A stretch of 64,000 bases of DNA from Scyliorhinus canicula (GCF_902713615.1 NC_052163.1:17308248-17372247), one strand, 5' to 3'. Counted from the stretch's first letter, positions 47,948 through 60,385 are shown. Program-made: numbers and translations. Notes: a model not told the origin generated them from the sequence alone.

Positions 47948-48968
47948 TGATATAACCTCTGACAGAAAATCTGAATACCATAGATGTTTGTTGGTTTGTT
48001 TCATTTTCTCCAAACCTATATCTGGTTCACTGTAGACCTCTAGTGCATGGATCATGCTCAAAAGTATGCTGAAGAGCTCTAGTGGTAGCCATGTTTTGAG
48101 CTTTGATTCTCCAGACCTACTGTTGTGAAAATAAGGAGCCAGAGCTGCAATCCTACAACTTGGAACTAACGCATTTAAACGTGCAATCCAAACTGGTCTA
48201 CATTTTGTCAAATACCATAAAATCCTTTTTTAAAGTATTACAACTAAGTATGAGAAGTGTCAAATGAAATTCACACTGAAATATAAAATCAGATTAAACA
48301 AGCAAACAATGTAATGTGCTTTTCTTTCAGTATTTCACCAGGTTACTGCAACCATTCTTAATATGGTGGGAAGCAACAACAATTTTGTACCTTCCCCACA
48401 GCACTTGTGTCACCCCATCTGTTTCAACTTTTGAGAACTTTTTTTTTATAACCCCAAATAATCCCTTTTTATTTGATTTACAGTCAGATGATTGCCATTC
48501 AAAATTGCTAGTTCCTGATTACACTTGCAGATCCTGCTTACATTGGCAGCACCTTCCTCACTCCCTCCAATTCCAGTCTGGTCTCGGAGTATTTGGAAGA
48601 TACTAAAGTCAACAATGCATTTTGTATGGGCCAGCAGCAACATTGGTGGTGCATGCGCCAGGAGAGAACTTGTGGCTTTATTTATTTTTCTTCTATTATA
48701 GCTCATTTTATGTTCTGTTTTAGATCCCTATTTGCTTAAAAATAATTTATCATTCAAGAGGTAGGCAGGTAACCAGCTGAATTACCTTTGACAAATTTAC
48801 ATCAGTAAAGATTGTGTCCTGGATTGTAACCTTCTGTTAGAAATTTGTTGCTGTTCCGTGACTTTTGTTTGTTGGCCAAAGTTTTAAAAATTTTTTTAGA
48901 GTACCCAATTATTATTTTTTCCCCAATTAAGGGGCAATTTAGCATGGCCAATCCACCTAACCTGCACC

Positions 48969-51690
48969 TGGACAGGGGCTGGGGATGTGGTGTCAGAGCC
49001 AGGGAAGACAAATGAGGCATTTAGAGAGTATTACCAGGGACTTTGAGGCAGATCCAGGAGGAGAGGAGGAGGACATGGGGTGGTTTCTGGATGAGCTGGA
49101 ATTTCCCAGGTGGAGGAAGCAAAGAGACTGTTGTTGGAGGACCCCCTGGGGCTGAGGGAGGTGCTGGATAGTATCAGGGGTTTGAAGTCGGGGAAGGCTC
49201 CTGGGCCAGATGGGTACCCGGCAGAATTTTATCAGGAATTTGCGGTGGACCTGGCACAACATCTGTTGGGGTTTAATGAAGCACTGGAGAAGGGCTAGTT
49301 GCCGGAGACTATGAAGCAGCCAGTAATCACACTAATCCCCAAAAAAAGGGAAGGATCCGGTGGAATGTAGGTCGTATAAACCCATATCACTATTGAACAC
49401 AGATGTGAAAGTATTGGCTAAGTTGTTGGCGGGGAGGATGGAGGATTGTGTCCCGGGGGTGGTTGCAGAAGATCGAACAGACTTTGTGAAGGGCAGGCAG
49501 CTCGCGAGTAATATAAAACGGCTGTTGAATGTGGTGATGAATCCATCGAGAGCTCTGGTACTAGAGGTGGTGGTCCATGGACGCGGAGAAAGCATTTGAT
49601 CAGGTGGAGTGGCGGTACTTGTTCGAAGTTTTGGGAAGGTTTGTGTTTGGGCCGAGATTTGTGGCTTGGGTGCGTTTGCTGTATGTGGCGGCAAGAGCGA
49701 GGGTGAAGTCGAATGATATGAGCTCACAAAGCTTTGACTTGCACAGGGGTAGGAGGCAGGGGTGGCCGCTGTTGCTACTGCTATTTGCGCTGACAATAGA
49801 GCCATTGGCGATGGCTCTCAGTGAGTCGGCAAAGTGGCAGGGGATGATGAGGGGACAGAGGGAGCATCGGGTGTCGCTCTATGCCGATGACCTCTTGCTG
49901 TATGTTTTGGATCTGTTGGAGAGTGTGGGAAGGATTATGGGCCTGTTGGGGAGGTTTGGAGGGTTCTCGGGATACAAGCTGAGTGTCGGGAAAAGCAAGG
50001 TATTCCCGGTGAATGAGCTGGCACAGCGGGCTAATTTAGGAGGATGCCATTTACGGTAGCGAGGGATAGGTTTAGGTACTTGGGGATTCAGGTAGCAAGG
50101 GAATGGATGGGGGCTCCATAAGTGGAACTTAACGAAGCTGGTAGAGGAGGCCAGGGAGGATAAAAATGAATATTCTGCCGAGGTTGTTGTTTATCTTTCA
50201 TGCTCTCCCGATCTTTAAACCAAAAGCATTTTTCTGGAAAGTGGACACAATCATTTCTGACTTTGTATGGGTGGGGAAGGTGCCGAGGGTGGGGAGAACC
50301 CTGCTACAGAGGCAGCAGGGGGTTGCCAAACATGCTTCATTATTATTGGGCGGCGAATGTGGGCAAGGTGCGGCGGTGGTGGGAAGGAGAAGGGGTAGAG
50401 TGGGTTAGGATGGAGGAGGAATCTTGTAAGATGTCTAGTTTAAGGGCTATGGTGACGGCAGCATTGCCAATGGCTCCGAGTAGGTATTCAGGGAGCCCAG
50501 TGGTCCAGTCCACGGTGAAGATATGGAATCAGCTGAGGAGGCATTTTAGGGTGGAAGGGATGTCGGTGCTAACGCCGCTGTGCGAGAATCATGGGTTTGA
50601 GCCGGGGGCGATGGATAGTGTATACAGGAGGTGGAGGGAAGTGGGGCTGGTCAAGGTGAGGGATTTGTACTCGGAGGAAGGGTTCACCAGTCTGGTGGAG
50701 CTAAGGGAGAGGGTAGAGCTGCCGAGGAGTAGTGAGTTAAGGTATCTACAGGTTAGGGACTTTGCATGAAAGGTCTGGAAGAGATTCCCTTGATTACCGG
50801 TATACACCCTGCTGGAGCGACTGCTGCTTCCAGATGTGGAAGGGGAGGGAAGAATTGGGGATAAGTGGCTGTGGGGAGCAGGGAGGCGAGCGGGTGGTGA
50901 AAATCAAGGAGAGATGGGAATGGAGATCAATTGGGCAGTATGGAGTGAGGCACTGCGAAGAGTAAACGGGACCTCCTCTTATGCAAGGATGAGCCTGATA
51001 CAGTTTAAGATGGTGCACAGGGTGCATGTGACTCAGGTGAGAATGAGTGGGTTCTTTCAGGGGTAGCAGATGAGTGTGAGAGGTGTGGGCGCGGGCCAGC
51101 GAATCATGCGCACATATTTTGGGGTTGTGAAAAATTGGGAAGATTCTGGGCGGGATTGTTCGTGGTCTTAGCCTGGATTAGGAAGGAGGGAGTGGACCGG
51201 GACCCTTTGGTGGTGATATTTGGGGTTTCAGAGGAACCGATGTCTTGGCCTTCGCCTCTCTGATTGCTTGGCGACAAATTTTGCTGCAGTGGCGGTCGGC
51301 ATCGTCATCGGGGGTAGCAGCATGGTTGGGTGACCTGTATGACTTCCTGCGGTTAGAGAAGATAAAGTATGAGTTAGGGGCTCAGCAGGGGAGTTTGAGA
51401 AAAGGTGGTGGATGTTTGTGACCGTGTTTGAGGAGCTGTTCGTCGGGGGGGGGGGGGGGGGGGGGGGGGGTGATGGGGAGGGTGGTGGGGGGTGATGGGG
51501 AGGGAGGTGGGGGGTGATGGGGAGGGAGGTGGGGGGTGATGGGGAGGGAGGTGGGGGGTGATGGGGAGGGAGGGTAAAAAAGGAGAAAAAAGCTGTACAA
51601 ACTGTATAGTTGATTGTTGGGAAGAATGTTTCCCAGGGTGTTTATTTGCTGTAACCTACTTTGATACAAGTTTGAATAAAATTCATTTCT
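48969..51690 (+). mobile_element. 5'-truncated, decayed L1 ORF2 plus 3'UTR
   Basis: KSGKAPGPDG, YKPISLLNTD, DAEKAFD and LYADDLLLY in shifted frames; G-rich 3'UTR; AATAAA at ~51675. Confidence 0.92.
51445..51574 (+). repeat. Poly-G plus ~21-bp G-rich tandem repeat (GGGGGTGATGGGGAGGGAGGT)
   Basis: About 5 units in the L1 3'UTR. Confidence 0.9.
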
Positions 51691-51826
51691 CCAAATAAAA
51701 GAGTCTGCTTGTCTGTCACCATTGATCCACAATAGCTGAATTTGCTGATAGCTTTCAGTGGTGTGTTGTAGTTTTACCTTGCAGGGAATGACTAGAACTC
51801 TACTATCAACTCTATTATGTGACTGT

Positions 51827-52402
51827 TGTCATGAGAATGTCACTTGAAGCAATGTTTGGCTGCTCATGTTACTGCAGTGATGTCAGAGTGTGGGTGGAGC
51901 TGAGCTCTGGCTCTGCTTTTTAGTTTCACTTTGAGAAAAGCTTCGGTGTGTTTTTTTTTTGGTTTCGTTTTAAGTGTTGGAGCTGAAGCCAGACAAAGCA
52001 GGTGTACAGTTTTTTCTGTCATGAAAAGACTATCTCTTGATCATTTGGTGAATTCAGAATTATAAATGTTTTCAGTAGTGAATGTAAACCTGATGTGCTT
52101 CTGTTAAAAGGTGTTCTTTTGTCTTCGGGATGTTGTTTGGGAAGTTATTAAGGATTACTTAGTGTATTCTTTGGGGGTTGTATTTGAATTAATGGTTGCT
52201 AAGATGTTCACTGTATGTTTTAAAAAGGTTAGCTTGAGTTCATAGAATAAACATTGTTTTGCTTTAAAAAATACTTTTCCATTTCTGCTGTGCCACACCT
52301 GTAGAGTGGGCTGTGTGCTCCCCATATCACAATCTATTAAAAGTTGTGGGTCAGGTGAACTCCATGATACACTTGGGGTTCTCTAAACCCTGGCCCATAA
52401 CA
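51827..52402 (+). mobile_element. Solo LTR (Gypsy-like)
   Basis: TGTCATGA...CCATAACA termini; flanks CTGT/CTGG (4-bp TSD, one mismatch); internal AATAAA near 52246. Confidence 0.75.
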
Positions 52403-52562
52403 CTGGAGTTTTCAGTTCGATCCAGTGTACTTGGGGATCAGAAGTCCTCTGTTAATTCTTTCTGACTCAGAAACATCTTGGAATGAAAGATTACTGAACT
52501 AACTTCCCTGGAACATAAATGTAACACTAACATTTTGATATTCAATTTGTGTTTTGCTTCAG

Positions 52563-52690
52563 ATTGATTCTGCATTCCCGTTAACTCAGAATAGAGCTCT
52601 GCAACTACTTTTTGATCTTCGGTACCTTGGTTCAATTTTAACAGCCAGAAACGAAGAGGTAAAAAGCAGCAGGATCCAGCAAGACCCGAG
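52563..52690 (+). CDS. COG1: COG1 exon 10
   Basis: gcttcag| IDSAFPLTQNRALQLLFDLRYLGSILTARNEEVKSSRIQQDP(R) |gtactg; phase 0-2. Confidence 0.94.
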
Positions 52691-52789
52691 GTACTGAACA
52701 TCTGTTAAATAGCAAAGTTATTCAGATTTATAGTTTTTGTACTCCTGACATCAGAGATACAAAATCCTTCTTCTGTGTTTTTGATTCAG

Positions 52790-52898
52790 GATTCAGAATG
52801 TGGCAGATGCTTTGGAAAGTCACATTGATCCATTTGATTTGGATGTTTTTACTCCACACCTTAACAACAATCTGAATAAACTTTCTCAAAGGACTTCA
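52790..52898 (+). CDS. COG1: COG1 exon 11
   Basis: gattcag| IQNVADALESHIDPFDLDVFTPHLNNNLNKLSQRTS |gtaagt; phase 2-0; follows a 99-nt intron. Confidence 0.95.
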
Positions 52899-53310
52899 GT
52901 AAGTACAGCAGCCAATTTTAAAACAAATTTGTCTCGTGTTTTTCGAGTTGCAACCTTGGTTAAAATATTGGGCCAATACTTAATGAAACTGAGCTGCTGT
53001 GAGGAAGGGAAGTTGGTGAAGTATTACCTTGGCTTGTGCTTGGCTGGCCCCAGAGCCACAGTTTTGTCTATATTCATAGAATTCCTACAGTGCAGAAGGA
53101 GGCCTTTTGGCCCATATTATATAGATGTCCAAGAAATGCTTTAATGCTTCCCTCCTGATTTACGGTACAGGTAAAGTAGAAATAAAATACATATTTTACG
53201 AGAAAATATATATTCAGTTCAGGTGAAAATAATGTTGTGTAAGTGCTCATTTAACGGTTTGGAGTATATTTACCATTGCCCAATTTAAATTTTACAAATA
53301 CCATTGTATA

Positions 53311-54431
53311 CAGGTCAAATATTCTTTATCCATAAATCTGAAAACTGAACACATCCAAAAACGCACTTTTTGTTTTGAAGCTCTGTATTGTTTAGCTTGC
53401 GATTTTTGTGATGAGCATGTCAAAAGTAAACTTTATCAGGTACCCTGGGTGGGATTCTCCATCGGCCGATGGCGGAATCGCGAAAGGCGATTAGGTGGAG
53501 AATTGGTTTTGACGCTGAAATTATTGTAGGGGTCAGGTTCACGCCAAATTGCAATTCTTTGGTGCCTCGACAGCGGCGTCAATGCATTCACTGCGTACGA
53601 ACAGTAAATGCCGTTTGCGTATCATTAGCGGGCCTGGCCCGGTATTCTCCGTGGTTCTTCGCCTCCTTCGGGAAGAATTCCCGACAATGAAGTTCACTTG
53701 TGCTTTCAAAAATCGGGAAGCAGGTGCTGTGGCTGATGAGGATGGGGGGAGGATTGGGGTTGGGGGGGCGGTGCAGAAAGTGTCCAACATCGCCATAATG
53801 CGCTGATGGTTATGCTGCTCACTGAGAGGGGGGGGAGCTGACTGCCCACTGAGGACTTAGTGCCATGGGTCATATGGGTCCCCCCCAACCCCCACGACAC
53901 CCCCTGGGTGTCCTCTGGCCCGAGCCAACCCATCAATGGGATGGGTGCGCTCCAGCGCAACCAGTGACATCTTGTTGGCTGGAATGAGTGTGTGCGGGGA
54001 ATGACGTGTACAATGAATGAATGTATATGTGGCTGCAGTTTTTCAGCCTCCTGAGCGTCAATCATGGACCCGGCAAATCAGACACCGTTTTTCCTTGGAA
54101 TAGGTCGTGCTCCATGTGGCAGCAGTGCTAGCCCCTGAATGAACGCTGAACTGGTTTAGGTGTGGCGCCAGTTTTGCTGTTGTAGAAGCCCACGAATCCT
54201 GTCCCGCCGTCAACACTTAGTCTCAGGAACAGAGAATCCGGCCCCCTGTAATTATTATTCAATGATGCACCTTACTTTTCTAGCCATTTTATTTACTTTA
54301 GAGTAAATAAAACCTAGCCTAGGTTTAAGCTATTGTAATGCAAGTTGACACGTGGTATCTGAAAACCAAAATGATCTGAAATCTAAAATGCAATTCGTCC
54401 TGAAGGTTTTGGATAAAGGATACTTGACCTA
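53311..54431. mobile_element. TcMar-Tigger-like non-autonomous element
   Basis: TA|CAGGTCAAATATTCTTTATCC ... GGATAAAGGATACTTGACCT inverted termini; contains a nested MITE. Confidence 0.7.
53447..54244. mobile_element. MITE, PIF/Harbinger-like (nested)
   Basis: TIR GGGTGGGATTCTCC / AGAGAATCCGGCCC; 3-bp TSD CCT on both sides. Confidence 0.82.
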
Positions 54432-54950
54432 CTCCTAGATAAGCCTTTCAGTACTGGTAAATCCTAATGTAAATCCAGCATATTAATTGCTGTCTCCTTA
54501 TACTAACCAGTTTTGATGAACTGTGTTACTGAAGTAAATCATTGGTAATATATAATAAAACAACTCTTGGTGTTAGTTTTCACCTCCAGTATTGTTAATT
54601 ATATTAAATTAAAAAATATTTCTAAAATGTAGCTGTATCTAATATTGCTATCAATCCTGCTCATGCATCACTCCTCTTCTAACTGATGTAAGTTAATTTG
54701 CTATCCTTCAGTACCTTAAATCTAACGTCTTCCTCTTTAAATCCCTCATTCCAAAAAATATCTTTCATTGGCTAGAAGTGTTTTCCCACAAGTGAACGTT
54801 CAAGCTCTTCAACCACGTCAGACGTTGAAATATAAAACTTGCCGAAGAATGGCTATGAGCCAGAATTTTTCAGCAGCCCCTAGCGAGATAGGAAAGTGTT
54901 GTATTGATGTAGAAAAGTACACTGTAAATATACATATTTCTGTCCTTTAG

Positions 54951-55060
54951 GTGCTATTTGGGTTATTAACAGGCACAGAGAAACAATACACCAGCAGAAG
55001 TGCACCTTTTAATTCACAAGAACCTCATAACATCTTGCCACTGGCTTCTAGTCAGATCAG
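54951..55060 (+). CDS. COG1: COG1 exon 12
   Basis: cctttag| VLFGLLTGTEKQYTSRSAPFNSQEPHNILPLASSQI(R) |gtaaat; phase 0-2. Confidence 0.95.
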
Positions 55061-56326
55061 GTAAATTAATTCTCATTGTGTTTCTGCAGCAGCAAGCCGG
55101 AAAGGGTTCTACTGAGATAAACTTGTGCACATGTTGATGTGGTCAGACAAGAATTTAAATACAGTCCAAGCTTTAGTATTAGATACTATATTGGCCTATT
55201 TTCTCTGCAAATGGCAAACCAGTGAGACTATGTAGCTCTATATACCAAAATAAAATTAATTTGACAATTATGGAAACCTCCATCCTAAAGGATTACTCAC
55301 CAAATGTTCTTTGATAACTTTAATGACCAGGAGTCTACCGGTAGGAATAACAAAGGATTTATTTAATGTAACATAAAGTATGCCCATGGCAGTAACTATT
55401 TACACTTCACAGTCCCCGCTGGGACAACCAAAATGCCGGTTCCTGCCATCTTTTATGCTCAGTTTTACGAGCCCCAGTTGGGTGGGCCGGGGAAATTTGT
55501 ATTCCATGAGCCCCACGGGGAGATCAATTACGGTTCCCTGTGGGCCACGTGGAGGTTATTACAGTAGCATTCCTGTAAGAGCTTGGGATGTTTTACAACA
55601 CTAAAGGTGCTATGTAAATGCAAGATCTTGTACTAATCTTAATTTGCTTGATTGCGCACCCACTACCACCCCCTCCCCCAATTCTAACCATGCTTTCTAA
55701 TATTGTAACATTTTCAGGCAGGTGGAACTCTTCAGTCCATCTAGCATAGTCACAATATTCCCGTGGTCTACTTCTTATAATACTGAATATCATTAGTTGA
55801 TTAGAATCCTCCTTGAAACCCACAAAGGATTAAATAAATCAGCCAACACACAAATTCTGCGTCAGCACCTTACAAGCATTGCGTTGCTCATTTATCATGC
55901 AGACTGAGGTCTCAATACCCCAGAAAAAGTATTCCTTTTGAAGTGGTCCAGCAAGAGAGTAAAATAAAAATACTAATTTTGGTTGAGTAATGCTGCTAAT
56001 GCTTCTAGAACGCGTAGACCACCTGGGTTTATGGTAACAGCTTAGTTTGCTGTGTGTGTTTTTGGTGAGACGTGCTTCCCCTATGTGCCAGCTTGCCACA
56101 TGGCCCTGGTTAAAAAGCGAAGAGGTTGTGCAGCAGACCCAAAAAAGAAAATTCCAATTTCTGCTTTGACACTGAATACATTAGCAACACAGCAATTCAG
56201 CTAACTTATTGCATGTTATGTTTGTGTAACTAATTTTCACGCTTGTCCTGAGGATCCATAATAATTTGTCATCTAGTGGTCAACTATTCTGGACATGGCA
56301 TCAGCATTGTACATCTTTGCTTCCAG

Positions 56327-56405
56327 ATTTGGTTTGTTGCCCCTGAGTATGGTGAGTTCACGAAAGCCGAAATCATCTGTCCGGGGAAATGAAGTTAAGA
56401 GTCTG
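56327..56405 (+). CDS. COG1: COG1 exon 13 (penultimate; terminal exon not found in window)
   Basis: cttccag| FGLLPLSMVSSRKPKSSVRGNEVKSL |gtcagt; phase 2-0. The 3' boundary is less certain because of a competing donor after 56351. Confidence 0.85.
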
Positions 56406-56637
56406 GTCAGTGTAATTACTTTGTTTCTTTTATTATTATTGTGATGTATAATATAGACTTGATTTAAAATATAACGCTAGTATGATTAAAAATGTGTGCA
56501 AGTCTTTTTGTTTTTACAAACTATATTTACTTATACCTCATTGAAGTTTGTTTGCATTTAATATATTGATCTGTCTTTTGTCTAAAGTGATAGCAAGGTG
56601 GAATTCTGACAAATTAGCTCATTATTTGGGGTTACAG

Positions 56638-59600
56638 CTTTCGCAGCCTTCAATTACCCAAGAAGATGGTGGTCAACTGTTGGATGTGGAGCTCAGGAAC
56701 CTCATTCGTCATGACAGTTTCTGCCGCGTTTGCTGCAAATGAAATGGGTTTGCTGAGAGGATGCCGGATTTGCTGGCCTAGGGTTTTCCCTGGGCCCTTT
56801 TCTTAGCCAGCAAAGCTTTCCATTTTGCCTCGTCTCTTCCAAACAGTCAGCCTCTAGAGGTCATGGACATCAATTACTGTCCTAGTTGTCAGTGTTAAAT
56901 GGCAGCCATCTTCCTATCTTGCTTGTAGGTGTCCTTAGAATGGAGGTATGGGTGTCCAGCAGATCATGACTCGGTGTGAAGTTCACTTTTAAGAATGTCT
57001 TTAGATACACACCATTGTCCATCCATTGAAAATGGCCAAGCCAGTGCTGGTGTCTTGGCTTAACAATAAGTGCTTGGCTGATGGAATTTACATGCTCCAG
57101 TGTCTCTGAGGTGGTGACTTTGCCCTGCATGAGGTGTTGAGGATATGTCAGAGACAGCAAAGGTGGAAACTGTTCAGCATTTTTTCCTTCTAACAATGCA
57201 CTCCTGGAGAGGAGTGGGCTGAAGATGCAAGCTTGGTAGACATGCAGTTTGATGTTCTCAGTCAGGTTGCTGTTTTTCAAACGCTCTTGGATATAATAAC
57301 TGCACCTTTTCCAATGCGTATATGGATTTCAGCATCAAGTGACACATTGCCGGTTATTGTAGTGCCTAAACACATGAAACAACCTCCCGTGTCATCTTGT
57401 CAGTGCTGATTGATGGCAGTATCTAAACCTTGACATTTGTCTTTCTGATGCTGATGGGCAAGCCAAACGTTTTACAGGCATAAGAAAACCTGTCCATCTT
57501 CTACTGAAGGTGTTCCTCGGTATGGAATGCGAGATCGATAACGTCAGCATAGAAGAACTGTTTGAGAACTTGCAGCATTTATTTCTTGGATCCCAGGCGG
57601 GCAATGTTGAACAGCTTTCCATCAGTTCTGATATGTAAGTAGACATGCAGTCTAGATGAACCGAGGGAATATGACCACATCAAAGAGAAGGATATGCCAA
57701 AGAGTGTAGGTGCCAGAACACAACCCTGTTTGACCCCACTGAGGATATCAATGGGTTCCAATATTGCCCTGTCATAACTGACTGTACCTATCATTTTGTT
57801 ACGGAAAGAGGAGATCACACTGATCAGCTTCAGGTGTAGTCTGTTTCCTCCAGCAGCTTAAAAAGATCGTCTTTACTCAAGTGGTTGAATGTCTTGGTGA
57901 GATTGATGAAGGTAATTTATCACAGAATTGTTACAGTGTGGAAGGAGGCAATTTGGCCCATCGTGACTTCACAGGCTCAATGAATGAGCAATTCCCTTAG
58001 TGCCATTCTCCTGCCTTCTCCTCATTGCCAGCACATTTCTCCTCCTCCTCAACCAACAGTCCAATTGCTTTTTCAATGCCTCGCTTGAACCTTCCTCCAC
58101 CACTATCTGAGGCAGCACTGTTGTGTGAAAATGTTTATCGTCATGTTTCTTTTGCTTCTTTTGCCAACTACTTTAAGTCTGTGCTCTCTCGTTCTCAATC
58201 CTTTCACAAGGGTTCTGTCTAGATCCCTCATGACAAACTTCTTTTGTTCACGGCATTTCTCTTGCAGCTGCCAGACTGAGACATTCATGTCAATTGTAGA
58301 TCTTCCTGTTCTGAAACCACACCGAGTATCTGGGTAGATGCGTTCAGCCAGGATCTGCAATCTGACAAGGGCAACACTGGAAAAGCCCATTCCCATGATG
58401 CGCAGCAAGGAGATGCCTCGATATTTGTTTCAATCACTGTGGTCTTACTTGTTCTTGTACAGGATTTCACAGTCTCTGCATCACGTGCATTCTGAGGCAC
58501 TGCGCCCTCATCCACCAGAGACAGAAAAGCTTGTGAGGATGCTGCGAGTGCCAGTTTCCTGTGCTTGATGAGTTGAGGTGGTCGAGCATCAGCACCTGGA
58601 GACTTGTCAATGGCCAGCGAGTCAATAGCATTGCTAAGCTCCTCCACTGGGTTCGCTATCCAGCTCTGGCGTGACCGACAGGCTTCATATGGTGTCTAGA
58701 GCTTCCTCAATGACTGTGTTCTGCCTCAGATACACTTTCAGGTCATGTTCCACCCATCTCTCCAATTATGACCTCTCCTGGTTTGAATTCATTGGAGTTA
58801 TTTTCTTTGGACCTGTTGCCTTTTTGATCCAATATGCATATCCGAGCATTCCTTGTGTCGAAGGGCACCTGTATGCTCTGACAAAGTTGTAACCAGTAGT
58901 CACTGATGCACACTTAGACAGTTTGACTTTACTTTCAGCGGCTCATAATGCATTTAGAGCCATCTCCCCCAAATCTTCCTTGTAATGAATGAGATTTAAT
59001 CACTTAGCTTCAATAATAAGTTTCATCACAGTGATGTTAGCCTTGAACCAGTCATGTTTTCCGCTCTTGCTTTCCATACGTTGAGAGTGTGGTATTGTAC
59101 ATAGTGTCTCAAGTGTGTTCCATTTTGCTTCTGTACTTTGGTGGGGGGGGGAAACTGCTCAATCGCGTTGAGGAACTGTTCATTCTTATCTGGGTGGACA
59201 GTATTGCAGACATTGATACGAAGGTGGCTTTTCTGCTTTGAATGAAAAATCGTTAAAGGGTTTCATGATAACTCTGGTATACACTGCAGTCGGTGATGTA
59301 TTGAGGGTGCTGTTGAGTTGTCTGATGATGATCAGTTCCAGCTGGTGCCAATGCCTCCAAGACACCTTGTGGCATAGTTTGTTCTGAAAGAAAGTGTTAG
59401 GTATGCAAAGCTTGTGGTTGCAGTAAAGCTCTAGTAGTTTCTGCTGTTCTCTTTTATCTTTCCCAACCATGATGTCTGAGGCAGGAGGACCATTTTTGCG
59501 TTGAAATTCCCAGTCGGTGAAGATATTCTGACTCTGGGATTCTGCTGCTAATGTCCATCTCCCCATAGAACTGGTCTTTTTCCTCTGCTGTGAAGCACTG

Positions 59601-60385
59601 TATTGGAGCACAGATACTGGTGAGGTTAACTGGCTCTGTTGAGTTGAGAGGCAGATGGAGAGAACGCGTTCTGAATAATTCGTGAAAGTTCTATTGTCGA
59701 GAGCAGTGAGTTTCTTACAGTGTAGCCTACAACATGTTCACGTGTTTCCTCTCCATTTTCTCCTGGCAGATGAATGTGTAATGTTTCTCTAGCTAGTGAT
59801 CCACTCTCGGCAAACCTTGTCTCTTGTTGGAAAGCTAGGTCCGTATTCACCCTAGTGGCTTGGTTGCAGGAGTTGCTGATAGCCTCTTTAGACATGTCTG
59901 TTTTTGGGCTCCAACTCCCCTAACCTTCAACCCTCCCAAGATGTCTTCAAGGCAATGGAAGTATTCGTCCATCGCTGGGAGTTTGGTTCATAGAGTGCAA
60001 ACGTGGGGCCAGAGTTCCTAAGAAGTTTTAGGCTTAGCCCACAAGGGGCCCAATTTCTCTGTGTTGCCATGAACAGAGGACTTGCCGATGGAGTGGCTAT
60101 GTTCTCACTGGGAGGGATTTCTGCTTTAGGTTCTTCCTTTCACATTGCTTCCAAGCCATGGTGTAGGCTGAAAACGAGTGGCTGAAAGTAGGAAGCACGT
60201 TGACTGTCTTCACTCACAAACTTGATGCATCACATCGACGTATTGGACACACAACATGCCAATGCTTTGCGAACCTTTGGATCCAACCTGGAAGGTGAAG
60301 TGGGGCATCCTGACCTGTGGGCAATCCAAGGTCTCTCTACATTTTGCTCAGGCATGTGCCCTGGAGATGTCACTTTAGTTTTGCT
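56638..60385 (-). mobile_element. Near-full-length decayed RTE-clade LINE
   Basis: QETRFAESGSL (EN), NTFFQNKLCHKVSWRH, KSPGAD, CGFRTGRSTIDM...QLQEKCREQ, GVKQGCVLAPTLFGI (RT), KLHVYQAC, C-terminal FICSK..RNC; RTE-like 5'UTR near 60290-60365; GTTACAG on both flanks. Confidence 0.85.
57925..58225 (-). mobile_element. CR1 3' fragment nested in the RTE
   Basis: Reverse complement of GGGCCAAATTGCCTCCTTCCACACTGTAACAATTCTGTG tail; interrupts the RTE frame after EKCREQKK. Confidence 0.75.

Noticed and set aside
55305-55563. Short LTR-like segment (minus strand begins TGTAATAACC)
   Set aside because: I could not define a second terminus or a TSD, so it is left uncalled.
56267-56282. CTCF-like motif (minus GACCACTAGATGACA; another near 32985)
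   Set aside because: Imperfect short motifs are expected by chance in 64 kb; ChIP data would be needed.
56638-56742. Possible COG1 terminal exon (ttacag|LSQPSITQEDGG...CCK*), in frame with exon 13
   Set aside because: It is the antisense strand of the RTE 3' end, has a poor pyrimidine tract, and lacks the conserved PGSLFRQL...LFKLGWLS C-terminus. Minor exonisation cannot be excluded.
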